Part shown: in pieces, positions 8,153 to 19,677 of the stretch | How the letters are laid out: each line of letters begins with the position of its first letter | Position numbering within the stretch: position 1 is the stretch's first letter | Position numbers and translations under genes: made by a program | Notes under the pieces: generated by a model | Seen by the model: only the letters and a program-made list of their open reading frames with translations | The model's database searches: none | What the model was told of the DNA's origin: nothing | DNA from: a virus | Lineage: Duplodnaviria > Caudoviricetes | Length of the DNA: 64,000 nt | Direction: 5' to 3' (one strand) | Virus record (IMG/VR): IMGVR_UViG_3300001528_000534 | Span: 32,001 to 96,000 of that record

Positions 8153-8435
8153 AATTAGTTACTCCTATAATGATAATTTTATCTGCAATATATTCATTAG
8201 TATTATTATTATAATAAGATGAACAAGGTTTAACCATATATACAACAGGCTCTCCTCCAAAGCGGGCAGCCGCCTTTTTAGCGAATTTAATAGCACTTAA
8301 AGGAGAGTTAGTGAAGAAAACCTTATCAATTAGCTTCTTCCGCCACGATTCCCTTAATATACCTGTTTCTATTGCAGGGAGGATATAATCACCTTTATGT
8401 AAATTAAAGTAAGTAGTAGTACCATGATAAAACAT
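8145..8435 (-). CDS. small Arr-like ADP-ribosyltransferase-fold protein
   Basis: FYHGT...GDYILP...VFFT...VYMVKP resembles the Arr (rifampin ART) family signature. Confidence 0.6.
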   Translation of the reverse strand: MFYHGTTTYFNLHKGDYILPAIETGILRESWRKKLIDKVFFTNSPLSAIKFAKKAAARFGGEPVVYMVKPCSSYYNNNTNEYIADKIIIIGVTNYV

Positions 8436-8441
8436 AATATT

Positions 8442-8696
8442 TTACTCCTTTTTTAAAGATTGACAGAGTTTAGGAACTTTTGTTGCGGCAATAGCATAAT
8501 GTGCAGGGTTAGGAGACGCCGCCCAACACTTATCTCTCATTAATTTTATAGTTTCTTTAAACTCTTTTGGGTGAGATAGCGCAAAAGAACGAACAAGCTT
8601 TTCTCTTAATCCTCCTTGCTCTGAAAAAGTAGGTATGCCTGATTCTTGACTAATGCCCGCGCCAGTAAAGAATAATACTTTATAGATAATACTCAT
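8442..8696 (-). pseudogene. N-terminal fragment of a Sir2/sirtuin NAD-dependent deacylase
   Basis: TGAGISQESGIPTF and PNPAH motifs. Ends at TAA before the TQN(I/V)D and HG catalytic motifs. Confidence 0.75.
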
Positions 8697-9198
8697 TTAT
8701 CTTTTTTCTCCTTTCAAATTCTTCATTCATTATAGCGCAAGCTTTTTCCGCATTTTCATAAGTATTAAAATAAACTTCTCCTAAATGACGTCGAGGTATA
8801 AAATTTCTTTCACGTACAAAAAATTGATGAAAAGCAGAGTCAAAAATAATAGTGAAAACAGTATCCCCTGCATGAATATCTTCATATTTAAAATCTAGAC
8901 AATATAAATCATGCAATTGCTCCAATAGAAGATAGAAGTGAATGGCGGAAGAAATTTGCTTTGCTCTTTCATTTGTTTCCCAAGTGTTATAATTTTCATA
9001 GTGCAATTTATCTGAACGTTGATTATGCCAATAATATGTTTCTGTATTATTACAAGTAGTGGCTGTATAATATATAGAGCAATAAGAGGGATGATATCTT
9101 TGATTGATATCTTTAGTTTCTTCCTCATAAATTTTTTTCAATTCTTCTAATTCTTTAGTTTTTTCTTGTATCTTTTGTTCTAATTCATTTTTAGTCAT
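8680..9198 (-). CDS. hypothetical phage protein with N-terminal coiled coil
   Basis: 172-aa ORF in the operon. Confidence 0.7.
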   Translation of the reverse strand: MTKNELEQKIQEKTKELEELKKIYEEETKDINQRYHPSYCSIYYTATTCNNTETYYWHNQRSDKLHYENYNTWETNERAKQISSAIHFYLLLEQLHDLYCLDFKYEDIHAGDTVFTIIFDSAFHQFFVRERNFIPRRHLGEVYFNTYENAEKACAIMNEEFERRKKINEYYL

Positions 9199-9651
9199 TT
9201 AAATTCTCCTACATACTAAAATTTCAATATCTGTGTCTTGAAAAACTTGTTCGATAATGCGGCGAACCTTGCTCCAAGATAATTTATCAAGTCCACAGCC
9301 AATACAAGGCATAGCAACTTTAATTGGCTCGAAATCTTCATATTTAAAACCTCGAACGCATAAATTTTTAGCGTCTTGCAGCGCCGCGGTTAAGGTTTCA
9401 TATGTTGGCTTTTGATAATATTTTTCTTTTGTTATTAGATTAAATTCACCAAGCCAATCTGTTGCATTAGTAAATTCACAAGTACCTACCTCTATTATAC
9501 TAGTACCTTTTAGAATTTCTTTTTTAACACCTCTTTTTGCAAATTCAATAGCTATTCCTGCACCCATTTTACAATCTGCACTAATACAATGCATTAGAAA
9601 ATAATCTTTAGGTACAGAAAAGAGGTCTTTTTGTTCTTCTCTAATAATCAT
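9199..9651 (-). CDS. macrodomain protein (TARG1/DarG-like ADP-ribose hydrolase)
   Basis: HCISADCKMGAGIA, NLITK and PCIGCGLDKLSW motifs. Confidence 0.85.
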   Translation of the reverse strand: MIIREEQKDLFSVPKDYFLMHCISADCKMGAGIAIEFAKRGVKKEILKGTSIIEVGTCEFTNATDWLGEFNLITKEKYYQKPTYETLTAALQDAKNLCVRGFKYEDFEPIKVAMPCIGCGLDKLSWSKVRRIIEQVFQDTDIEILVCRRI

Positions 9652-9921
9652 TTAGCCCTCTCCTGTCTTTTCTAAGAAAGTATAAAGTGAAATTTCATGC
9701 CTTAATAATTGAATGTATAAAGAAAGTAATTTTGGGTCCGAAGGATAAGAAACAAGAGAAGTCTTAATATTAGCCAATGCGGCGTCCGCAGAGATATGAT
9801 GCTTTTCTTTTTCTTCTATATTATATACTATTGTATTTTGACTATTAATTAATTGCTTAAGAAGGAAAATTAATTCTTCTTTTGTTAAATTATCAAGTGT
9901 CATTTTTATCTTCTCCTTCAT
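9652..9921 (-). CDS. hypothetical protein
   Basis: ORF in the operon. Confidence 0.6.
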   Translation of the reverse strand: MKEKIKMTLDNLTKEELIFLLKQLINSQNTIVYNIEEKEKHHISADAALANIKTSLVSYPSDPKLLSLYIQLLRHEISLYTFLEKTGEG

Positions 9922-10291
9922 TCATTTCTTTAGTTATTTTAAAATAAGAGTCAATTTTTTCTTTATTTTCTTCATTATTTAAAACTTGATATAGTTTATA
10001 ATATTCGTGGATTCGTTCTACTGATTCTGAGACAATATTCTTAAAATCAGCAAATTGAAGCATTAAAACCATAAGATTATATATAGGAATTAATAGCGAA
10101 CTATATCTACTTATAACTTCTATAAAAGTAAAAGGTTCATTAAATTCTTCATAAAGCCATTCATTATTTTCTTTAGGAATTAAAGTTTTAATCTATTTTT
10201 CTATTGTGGGAGAAAGAAAATAATTAAGATAAATAATTTCTATTAAGATTACTGCTATGTCACTTAAAAGTAATAGTAAAATTATTCGCAT
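9893..10291 (-). CDS. hypothetical membrane protein (one in-frame TAG)
   Basis: RBS AAGGAG and ATG 10291, hydrophobic N-terminus, TAG at 10195-10193, TGA stop. Confidence 0.55.
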
Positions 10292-10401
10292 TTAATATAT
10301 GCTCCTTTTTTATTTTTTGGAAGAAAACTATAATTTTTAATTTCTGTATATATTATATCATTTTTATTTAATTTTGTCAACTAATTTTTCATAATTCTAG
10401 T

Positions 10402-10430
10402 TTGACAAATTTTGAAATTTATGATATACT
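10402..10430 (+). promoter_or_regulatory. sigma-A promoter with extended -10, divergent from the minus-strand promoter at 10352-10380
   Basis: TTGACA-N17-TATACT with TG extension, at the strand switch. Confidence 0.8.
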
Positions 10431-10462
10431 TATATTGGAAGGAAACGAAAGGGGAAAAAACT

Positions 10463-11599
10463 ATGGCTGACAATATTATTAATATTGATGAACAATCAAT
10501 AAAAGAAAAAAAAGAGTCTGAAATTCCTGAATCTTCTTTTCCATTAAAGTTAGATTATTCTATTGAAGAACCAGAAGAACGAGTTAAATATGTAGACAAT
10601 CTTTTGAAAAAGATGCCTGCAGAGCAAATAAATTAGAAATATTTAGAAATAATGAGCGATTATATTATTTTTGCGATGAACAAAAAAGAAAGAAGAGAAA
10701 AGAAAATATTAACTGACAATAGACTTGTAACAGTTAATAAAAGAGAAACTTCTTTTGAGGGATTAGTAGATAAATTAGAAAATGGAGAAGACGGAATTTA
10801 TGGAATGCTTTCAGAGAATAAAAATTAGATTTTAACACCAAAAGATTCAATTACTTAGAAAGATATTGATGAAATTCCTGAATTACAAGAATTAAGACAA
10901 TTAATGGACTAGCTAGAAAAGGCGGAAAAGCTAGCAACAGGAAAAAGAAAATATAATTTAAAAAAATGGTTGATTCAATTACATTAGGATTAGTATATTA
11001 TAAGAAATTCTTATAGACAACCAATATATTCTTTTAAGAAAACAAAATCTGAACCTCTTACCGCAAATTTACAAGGCGACATTTATATTTCTCCAGAAGG
11101 AGAAATCATTGATACAAGCTTAATTTCTTTATGCGATACGAAACACGTATCAGAGTTATTATGTAATTATTCAAAAATAAAAGAAGATACATGGGGACAT
11201 TTTAACACAGATATGTATTATGTTATGGATGAGTTAGATGATATGATAGAAAAAGCATTAAAAGAAAATTATCCTCTTTATTATTCTCTTTTGATACATA
11301 AAATAGATGGTTGTTCTAACGCGGAAATCCAAGAATTATTAGATAAAGAATTTAATATTACTTACACTCCTGAATATATCTCTTCCTTATGGAGAAATAA
11401 GATTCCTAAATTAATAGCTGATAAAACACAGGAAACTTATTTATTATGGTTTTATACCTATAAAGAAAAAGCTAAATGGAAAAGATGTTCTCGTTGTGGT
11501 CAAATTAAATTAGCTCACAATAGATTCTTTTCTAAAAATAGTACAAGCAAAGACGGATATTATAGTATATGTAAAGCTTGTAGAAATAAAAAAGCGTAA
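10463..11599 (+). CDS. phage protein with HTH-like region and C-terminal Zn ribbon (TAG=Gln), possible transcription regulator
   Basis: Track fragments 10412-10636 and 11213-11599 share a frame and are separated only by TAG. CSRC...CKAC motif. Confidence 0.65.
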
Positions 11600-11613
11600 A
11601 GGAGATGAAATAA

Positions 11614-12819
11614 ATGTCTGTATCTAATAAAATTGTATGTCAAAAGTGTAATAAAGCAATGGAGGAAGAAAATTTTTATACCTATAAAGATGGCACGAAA
11701 ACAGAGCTTTGTAAAAAATGTTTGACTATGCATATTGATAATTTTAATCCAGATACCTTTTTATGGCTATTAGAAAAAATGGACGTCCCATATATTCCAG
11801 AAGAATGGAATGTATTAAGGGATAGAGCTTATGCGAAATTAGGTCCAATAGGTATTAATGGAATGTCAGTTTTTGGTAAATATTTATCAAAAATGAAGTT
11901 AAAATAGTGGAAGTAGTATGGTTGGGCAGATACGGAGAAATTACGCTTAGAGAGCGAACAAAAAGAAGCTATCAACAGAGAAATACAAGAAAAGAAAGAG
12001 CAAGAAGCAAAAGAACGATATGAAAGAGGAGAAATCTCTGAGGCGGAATATCGTACTCTTACTAGTTCTATTACATAGCATGCAAATGAGAGTACCTTAC
12101 CTTTTACTAGACCTACCCCAATACCTGCGGGAATGCCGCAGCCCGCATTTCCTAATCCTTTTGAGAATGCAAACTATATTCAAGAAGAAGATTTGGTTGA
12201 TTTAGGGGCAGAATTAACTAAAGAAGATAAAATTGCAATGGCAATGAAATGGGGGCGGACTTATAAGCCTTCAGAATGGGTTGAACTTGAATCAAAATAT
12301 AATGAAATGATGAACTCATTTGATATTCAAGATTCTGATACTATTGGCACATTAATTTTAATTTGTAAAACTTATTTAAAAATGAATTAGGCTCTTGATT
12401 AGGGTGATTTAGACGGTTATCAAAAATTATCAAGAGTATATGATTCATTAAGAAAATCAGCAAAATTTACTGCCGCTTAGAATAAAGAAAAGAAAGAAAA
12501 TTACGCAGATTCAGTTGGCGTATTAGTTTCTTTATGTGAGAGAGAAGAAGGATTTATTCCTCGCTATGCAACAGATATTCCACAGGATAAAGTTGATGCT
12601 ACTCTTATTGACACTTAGCGATATCTGTCTACTCTTGTTAAAGAAGATTTAGGTTTTGGACAATAGATAGAGGAAGCAATTAAAAAGTTAGAAATTTAGA
12701 GACAAATGGAAAAAGAAAACGAATTAAAAGATTCTGATTACATAGAATATTATAATGAGATAGAAGCAGAAAAAGATGCTGATAATGATTTAATAAACAA
12801 TGAAAAAGAAGAGGAATAA
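11614..12819 (+). CDS. Zn-finger protein upstream of terL, candidate terminase small subunit (TAG=Gln)
   Basis: CQKC/CKKC motif, one frame through TAGs to TAA 12817-12819. Function assigned by position only. Confidence 0.55.
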
Positions 12820-12824
12820 TAGAT

Positions 12825-15800
12825 ATGGCATTAAAAGATTTAATAGCCATCTCCGATAATAGATTACAAAAACAAGGGATATCAGAAGAGAGAATTAAAA
12901 AAATTATTCCTGTTTTACGATAGTATATTTCCTTTTGGAGGGAATACCCTGATATTTTTGTTGAATTTTTATGCGGAGATAACCCCGAAAATTTTCATTT
13001 ATTCTTCTATTAGAGAGTATTTTTAAGAGCTATAATGAGACATAGATATGCTTACGCTACGTACCCTCGTGCGTATAGTAAGTCTTTCTTGTCAGTTTTA
13101 GTTTTAATGCTAAGATGTATTTTGTTCCCCGGTGCTCACTTGTTCGTCACTACGGGAGGTAAAGAGCGAATGTTTGCTCTGCATTATTGGAAAATAGTGA
13201 AAAATAATTTTTTTGAATTGCTGGAAAGTCCGAAAATTCTATTGCTACAATAAACTAGATTTATACTAATAGTTTATGATAGAGCCGAAAGGCAGAAACA
13301 AGTATAGAAATATCTCATGTTGAAAGACTAAAAGACAATAAAGGATAATCAGCAGCTAAGTAAGGAGTATAAATATGAAAAAATTAACTTTAATAGATTT
13401 TCAAAATAGACTAGATTTGATTCATCCAAAAGAAAACTTAAAAGCTATTGAATGGAATGGTGGAAGGCAACTCGCAGTAGTAAAATGTTTAACTTGTAAT
13501 AAAATATATTCTAAAAATGGAGAATACTTTTTAGATAAAAGAAAAGTTAGTATTTGCAAAAATTGTTTTCCTACTCAACCTAATCAATTAAAAGATACAT
13601 TTCCGTTGCCAGAAGAATATTCATATATTGAAAAATATAAAGGTATGCATAATAAGGTTTTGATTAAACATAATAAGTGTGGCTTTATATGGGCAATTAC
13701 TCCTGTTAATATTAAATTAGGAAAAGGATGTCCTAAATGTAATAAAAAAGTTTCAAAAGGAGAACAAAAAATTATAAAATGGTTAGAAGATAATTCTATA
13801 TTTTATGAATCACAAGTACCAATAGATATAGAAGGACATCATTTATCTGTTGATTTTTATTTACCTTCTTTTGATTTATATATTGAGTATAATGGAGAAT
13901 AGCATTATAGGATGGTTAATTTTTTTGGCGGAAAAGAAAAATTCGATAAACAACAAAAAAATGATTGTTTAAAAAGAAATTTTTTAAAAAAGAAGCTAGT
14001 TGAAATACCTTATACTTATTTTGAAAATATTGAAGAAATCCTTAAAAGTTCAACGACTATCTCGAAAGAGAGTACATAGCAAGCGATGGCTGTGGAAGTG
14101 GAAAATCTCCTAAGAGGAGAATGATATAGTCTCAACTTCTAATGAAAGTTAGAGCAGTTCATAAGAGAACGCATACGACTTAGCGAATCGTATGGAAGGT
14201 ATTGAAGCAGCTGGAATAGCAAAAGAGAAGGTAGAAGAGTTATGTAAATTAATTCCGGGTTTAAAAAATGAAATAGACTGGAGTAGAGGAGCTTCTAAAT
14301 CTTCTAAAGACAGCGTTATTTATATTTTTAAAAATGGCAGTTAGTTAGACATTATTGCGGCGAGATAGAGTTCTAGAGGAAAGAGAAAAACAGGTGGCTT
14401 AATAGAAGAGGTAAGTAAAATTGCCTTAATATATCTTTTCCCATATGATGAATGGGGGTTCGCTAATGCGAGCTAACGGGGAAACCTAAACAATTATTGC
14501 ATGGTAATCCCGTGGGAAAATTATTTGGTCTATTTTAATTAAATTCTTACATTCCATCTTTATATATTACTGTAAACATAAAATATGTAGGAGGAATGTC
14601 CCAATGATGGGAATTTATAAATTTGAAAATCAAAAAAATGGAAAATGTTATATTGGATAGTCAATAGCTTTAGAAACAAGATATTAGTCTCATTTTCGGA
14701 ACCACCAAAATAGCAATTTGAGAGATTACAATACTAAATTTTATAGAGCTTTAAGAAAATATGGATTTGAATGTTTTACATATTCTATTCTTGAATAGTC
14801 AGACTATTTTTCAAAAGAAGAATTAAATGAAAAAGAAAAATACTGGATTCAATATTATGATGGCTATAAAAATGGGTATAATAGTAATTTAGGTGGAGAA
14901 AAAGTTACTGAAAATGCAGAGAATCATCCAATGGCAAAACTTACTAATTAGGAAGTTTTAGAAATAAAAAATTTATTAAAAAATTCTAATATCAATTAGT
15001 ATGATATTGCAAAATAGTATAACATTACTTAGAGTGAGATTTCAAATATTAATGAAGGCAAAAAATGGACAACAATTGGAATCTACAATTATCCTATTAG
15101 AAAATCAGGAGCTTTAAGAACGGGTATAAATAATCCGAAAGCTATTTTTACAGAAGAATAGATAAATGAGATTAGAAAAAGATATGTGAATGAATCTGGT
15201 AGATAGATTTATCAAGATTATCAATCATTATGTTCATATACTACTTTTGAAAGAATTCTAATAGGAAAGACCTATACGAATTTGCCAATTTATAAGAAAA
15301 AAGAAAAAAAATGGATAAATAATTAATCCTGTATCGACTATCCCTGAGGTTGAAATGCTGGGGAGTAAGGCTGTTATTCATACACAGTTAAGTTTTAGGA
15401 AACGAAGCTTATGCAAATTGAAATGGATATAGCAATATATTAAATTATATTGTTAAAAGATAGTCAGTAATTATTAGAAATAATAATATTAATACGAATT
15501 CTAGTAGACGGAACATTGCTAAATGAAATTATCATACCTACTATGAATGTCGATAGAAGACTTGCAGACGGGTCTCGGCATAGAGAAGAAGTTGTTAATA
15601 AATCTTAGATTTATGTAACGACAGCTGGTTGGAAATCTTCATTCGCTTATGATAAATTAATTTAGCTTACTGTTTAGGAAATATTAGAGCCAGAATAGGC
15701 TGTAGTATTAGGTGGAACTTGGAGAGTTCCTGTTTTAGAAGGATTATTAAGTAGAACGTTTATTTCTGAATTAAAAATGGACGGAACTTATAATGATTCG

Positions 15801-17652
15801 TCTTTTGCAAGAGAGTATAGATTGATTTGTACTCTTAAAATTATTGAGAATTGCTGGGAAAAACCTTAGAGCTTTTTAAACTACAACATAAGTATGAAAT
15901 AAAACTAAATGTGAATTGTTAAAAATTAAAAAGATTGGGAAATCAGCAGCCGAGCCTCGAAGAGAGGAAGGTTCAACGACTAATGATTATCAGAGCGATA
16001 ATCAGTACAATACAGAATCAAAAAGAAAGGTTGTTATTATGAAACAAATAATAGTTGATAATATCAGTACCTCATACTTTATAACAGAAGATGGAAGATG
16101 TTATAATACCAACACAAATAAATATTTAAAGGGTTAGATTGGGAAAAATGGTTATATATCCTTTAATATAACTCTCCCTAGTGGAAAAAAAAGAAGACTT
16201 TATGCACACAGATTAGTTGGTTTAAATTATCTTCCTAAACCTATAAAAAATAAAAATCAAATAAATCATATTGATGGCAACAAATTAAATAATCATTTTA
16301 CTAATTTAGAATGGATTACTGCTTCGGGAAATTAGCAGCATGTTTTGAAAAATGAATTACGAAAATATAATCATATTTATTGTTTTAATAAAGATAAGAA
16401 ATTAGTTGCAGAATATATTAATGTTACAGAGGCGGCAAATGCAGTAAAAATTAGTAAAAGTATTATAATACAAGAGATTAATAAAGATGTGAAAACATTA
16501 AGTGGAGGTTTCTATTGGTCTAAAGAGAAAACTTTAAAGCAAGTAAAAAATTATTCAAATTTAGGTAAAGCTAAAGAAGTATATCAATATGATTTAAATA
16601 ATAAATTTATAATGGCTTATGAATCAACTGGAGCGGCAGCTCGAGCTTTAGGTATAAAGAATGCGAGCCATATAGGAGAATGTTGTAGAGGAAAAATAAA
16701 AACCTATAAAGGTTTTATTTGGAGATATTCTGAAGATATAGTCTTAACGTCTAATGAAAATTAGAGAAATACTCCGCAAGAGTAGTAAAAAATGGAATCA
16801 GTTTGGTCAGGAGATGTAGAAAATGCTTTCTTCTCTTCTGAAAAGTTTGACAGTTAGAGAATACTTAATTAGCCAGAATATGAATATAGCAATCGTTCAG
16901 CAAAGAATGCTTATTATGTAATAGGCGTTGACGTAGGTAGAAAAGGATGTACTACAGAAGTGGTAGTTTTTAAAGTAACTCCTTAGCCGCAAGGTCCTTC
17001 TTTAAAAACAGTTGTTAATTTATATACTCTTGAAAATGACCACTTTGAAGATTAGGCTATTGTTCTTAAAAAATTATATTATAGATATAAAGCAAGAGTA
17101 TTAGCAATAGATGCTAATGGTTTAGGTATTGGCTTAGTAGATTATATGGTTAAATCTCAAATAGACCCTGATTCAGGAGATACTTTATTTGATTTTGGGG
17201 TTTATAATGACGAAGATAATTTTTATAAAAAATATCGAACTCCTAATACAGAAGAGGATGCTATGTTTTTAATTAAAGCTAATGCCCCTATTAATACTGA
17301 AATTTATAGCTATGTTTAGTCTTAGCTACAAAGTGGAAAGATTAAATTCTTAATTGATGAAAATCAAGCAAAAATTAAACTTCTGGGTATGAAAAATGGT
17401 TAGGCAATGGATGCTAAAAAACGAGCAGAATATTTAAAACCTTTTACTCTTACGACTATTCTTAAAGAACAAATGTTAAATCTTGTAGAAGAAAATGAAG
17501 GTATTAATATTATTTTAAAACAATCTTCAAGGGCAATTAAAAAAGATAAATTTTCTGCTTTTTCTTATGGTCTCTATTATATTAAAAAAGAAGAAGATAA
17601 AGGCAAAAAGAGAAAAAGACATAATATTTCAGATTTCTTATTCTTTAATTAA
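12825..17652 (+). CDS. terL: terminase large subunit, 4 exons (12825-13167, 14205-14412, 15497-15818, 16795-17652), 576 aa with TAG=Gln
   Basis: Walker A-like PRAYSKSF, Walker B GGLIEE, coupling motif VTTAG, nuclease IGVDVG, IDANG and KDKFSA. Splicing restores TTGGKEQAAG, LIEEVILVD and FAREYESVW. Confidence 0.9.
13168..14204 (+). mobile_element. group I intron 1 in terL
   Basis: Core elements AATTGCTGGAAA, AATCAGCAG, TTCAACGACTA and GATATAGTCT. Terminal G 14204. P1 AGAGC/GCTCT. Confidence 0.85.
13375..14124 (+). CDS. intron-encoded Vsr/DUF559-like endonuclease with Zn fingers (TAG=Gln)
   Basis: SKGE, DFYLP and IEYNGE(TAG)HY motifs, CxxC pairs. Confidence 0.8.
14413..15496 (+). mobile_element. 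group I intron 2 in terL
   Basis: P1 GAGGU/GCCUU with U.G at the splice site. Core CTAACGGGGAA, AATCCCGTG, TATCGACTA and GATAGTCA. Terminal G. Confidence 0.85.
14604..15326 (+). CDS. intron-encoded GIY-YIG homing endonuclease (TAG=Gln, absent from the track)
   Basis: MMGIYKFENQKNGKCYIG(TAG)S...LNEKEKYWI...NGYN. RBS AGGAGG. Confidence 0.88.
15819..16794 (+). mobile_element. group I intron 3 in terL
   Basis: P1 AGAGUAU/GUACUCU. Core AATTGCTGGGAA, AATCAGCAG, TTCAACGACTA and GATATAGTCT. Terminal G. Confidence 0.85.
16039..16788 (+). CDS. intron-encoded HNH endonuclease with NUMOD1-like repeats (TAG=Gln)
   Basis: YAHRLV...INHIDGNKLNNHFTNLEW. C-terminal VYQYDL...AAARALG...YKGFIWRY. Confidence 0.85.
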
Positions 17653-17712
17653 GGTCAAGTATGAAAAAGTAAGAAAAGTGCATTTTTATAATCAATAGAG
17701 GAGAATTGAGAA

Positions 17713-18069
17713 ATGAGAGCTAGCAGAGGCGAAATTAAAATAGAAGAGATTCTTGAATAGGCAGGATTGCCTTTTGTAGAAGAATATACTTTTAGTGATT
17801 TAATTGCTTCCAGCGGAAAGCCTTTACGTTTTGATTTTGCTGTTTTTGATGATGAAGGTAATTTGGATTTCCTAATTGAATTTTAGGGAATCCAACATTA
17901 TACCCCTAAAAGCAAATTCGGTGGCGTATCAGGATTAAGAAAGCAATAGTATAATGATTTTTAGAAAAAGGAATATTGCCAAAAACATAATTATAAATTA
18001 ATTATTATTCCTTATTGGGATGAAGGTAGAATTGATTATGATTATATTATGAATGCGGCAGGATACTAA
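17713..18069 (+). CDS. Vsr/DUF559-like endonuclease between terL and portal (TAG=Gln)
   Basis: SRGE...LRFDFAV...IEF(TAG)GIQHY...LIIIPYW. Confidence 0.75.
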
Positions 18070-18089
18070 GAGAGAGGAGGAAGAAGAGA

Positions 18090-19658
18090 GTGGCAACAGA
18101 GTAGAGAAGACAAGAAATTCATAATAAAGGTTTTAATATGTTCTCTTCTTCAGATTATGAAAGATAGCCTATGACTGATTTTAATAAAATTAAAGTCGGA
18201 ACAAAAACGTTAGAAGATGCGGTTTTAAATTTAGGCTCTTTAAAAAGAATAAATTAGCATTTAGCAAATAAAGATACCGTTTTAACTGCAATTGCGGAAA
18301 GCGATTTAAATACAATGAGAGAAATATCTGATTTCTTTTATAAAACGAGCGGTATTTACTCAAGATTATGTAGATATATGGCATATCTTTATAGATATGA
18401 TTGGATGGTAACTCCTTATGTCAATTAGACTGCGAATGTCAAAGAAGAAAAGATTGTAGAAGGTTTCTATAAAGCTTTAACTTATTTGGATAATTTTGAA
18501 GTAAAAAAATTTTTGGGAGAAGTAGCTCTTAAAGTTATTAGACAAGGTTGCTATTATGGATATTTAATTCCTTAGACTAATAAAATGGTTGTTTAGGAGC
18601 TTCCGCCCAAGTATTGTAGGTCTAGATATTCTATAAATAATCGTCCAGTAGTGGAATTTAATATGCGTTTTTTCGATGATAATTTTATGGAAACTCAATA
18701 GAAAATAAAAATTTTAAAGTTATTTCCAAAAGAATTTTAGAAAGGTTATATTTTATACAAAGAAAATAAACTTTAGCCTGAATTTTTAGGAGATACTAAT
18801 GGTTGGTATACTTTAGAGCCGGGGAAGGCTATTAAATTTAATATTAATGGAGAAGATTTTCCCGCCTTTATTTCAGTTATTCCTGCTATTATAGATTTGA
18901 ATGCCGCGCAAGATTTAGACAGGTAGAAAATGGCACAGAAGTTATTAAAAATTATTATTTAGAAAATGCCATTAGATAAGAATGGAGACCCCATTTTTGA
19001 TATAGATGAAGTTAGAGAATTACATAATAATGCTATCCAAATGTTGAGTAAAGCAATAGGTGTTGATGTATTAACTACTTTTGCAGATGTTGATGTAGCA
19101 GATATGGCAGATAATGGTAATGTGTCTTCTGTTGATGAACTATCAAAAGTAGAAAGAACTGTATATAATGAAGCGGGTGTGTCTCAAATGCAGTTTAATA
19201 CAGATGGTAATTTAGCTCTTGAGAAATCTATTTTAAATGATGAAGCCTCTTTATATAATTTAATTACTTAGTTTGAGAGTTTTTTAAATGATTTATTAAT
19301 TCCTTATAATAAATAGCCTAAAAAAATTAATTTTAAGGTACAAATTTTAACAACTACTATTTATAATTATAAAGAAATGGCTAAGTTATATAAAGAATAG
19401 ACTTAGCTAGGTTATTCTAAGATGTTACCTTAGATTGCTCTTGGTCAATCTTAGAGTTCTATTTTAGCTAATGCTTATTTTGAAAATGATGTTCTTGATT
19501 TGGTTAATGTCTTTATTCCTCCTTTAATGAGTTCTACTATGAATGCGGAAGTTCTTAATAATAATTAGACTTCTAGTGGAGAAGGAGCAGGAAGAAAAGA
19601 AAAAGCTGATGATGAGAAGTCAGAAAAAACGATTTAGAATAAAGAAAGTATGAGTTAA
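18090..19658 (+). CDS. putative portal protein, 522 aa (TAG=Gln)
   Basis: RBS and GTG start, single frame with only TAG interruptions. Size and position after terL fit a portal. Confidence 0.75.
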
Positions 19659-19677
19659 AGAGAGGGAGGGATTAAAA

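Noticed and set aside
13168-16794. Inteins or group II introns as the terL insertions
   Set aside because: The insertions break the frame, have group I P1/P7 elements and a terminal G, and encode no reverse transcriptase or intein motifs.
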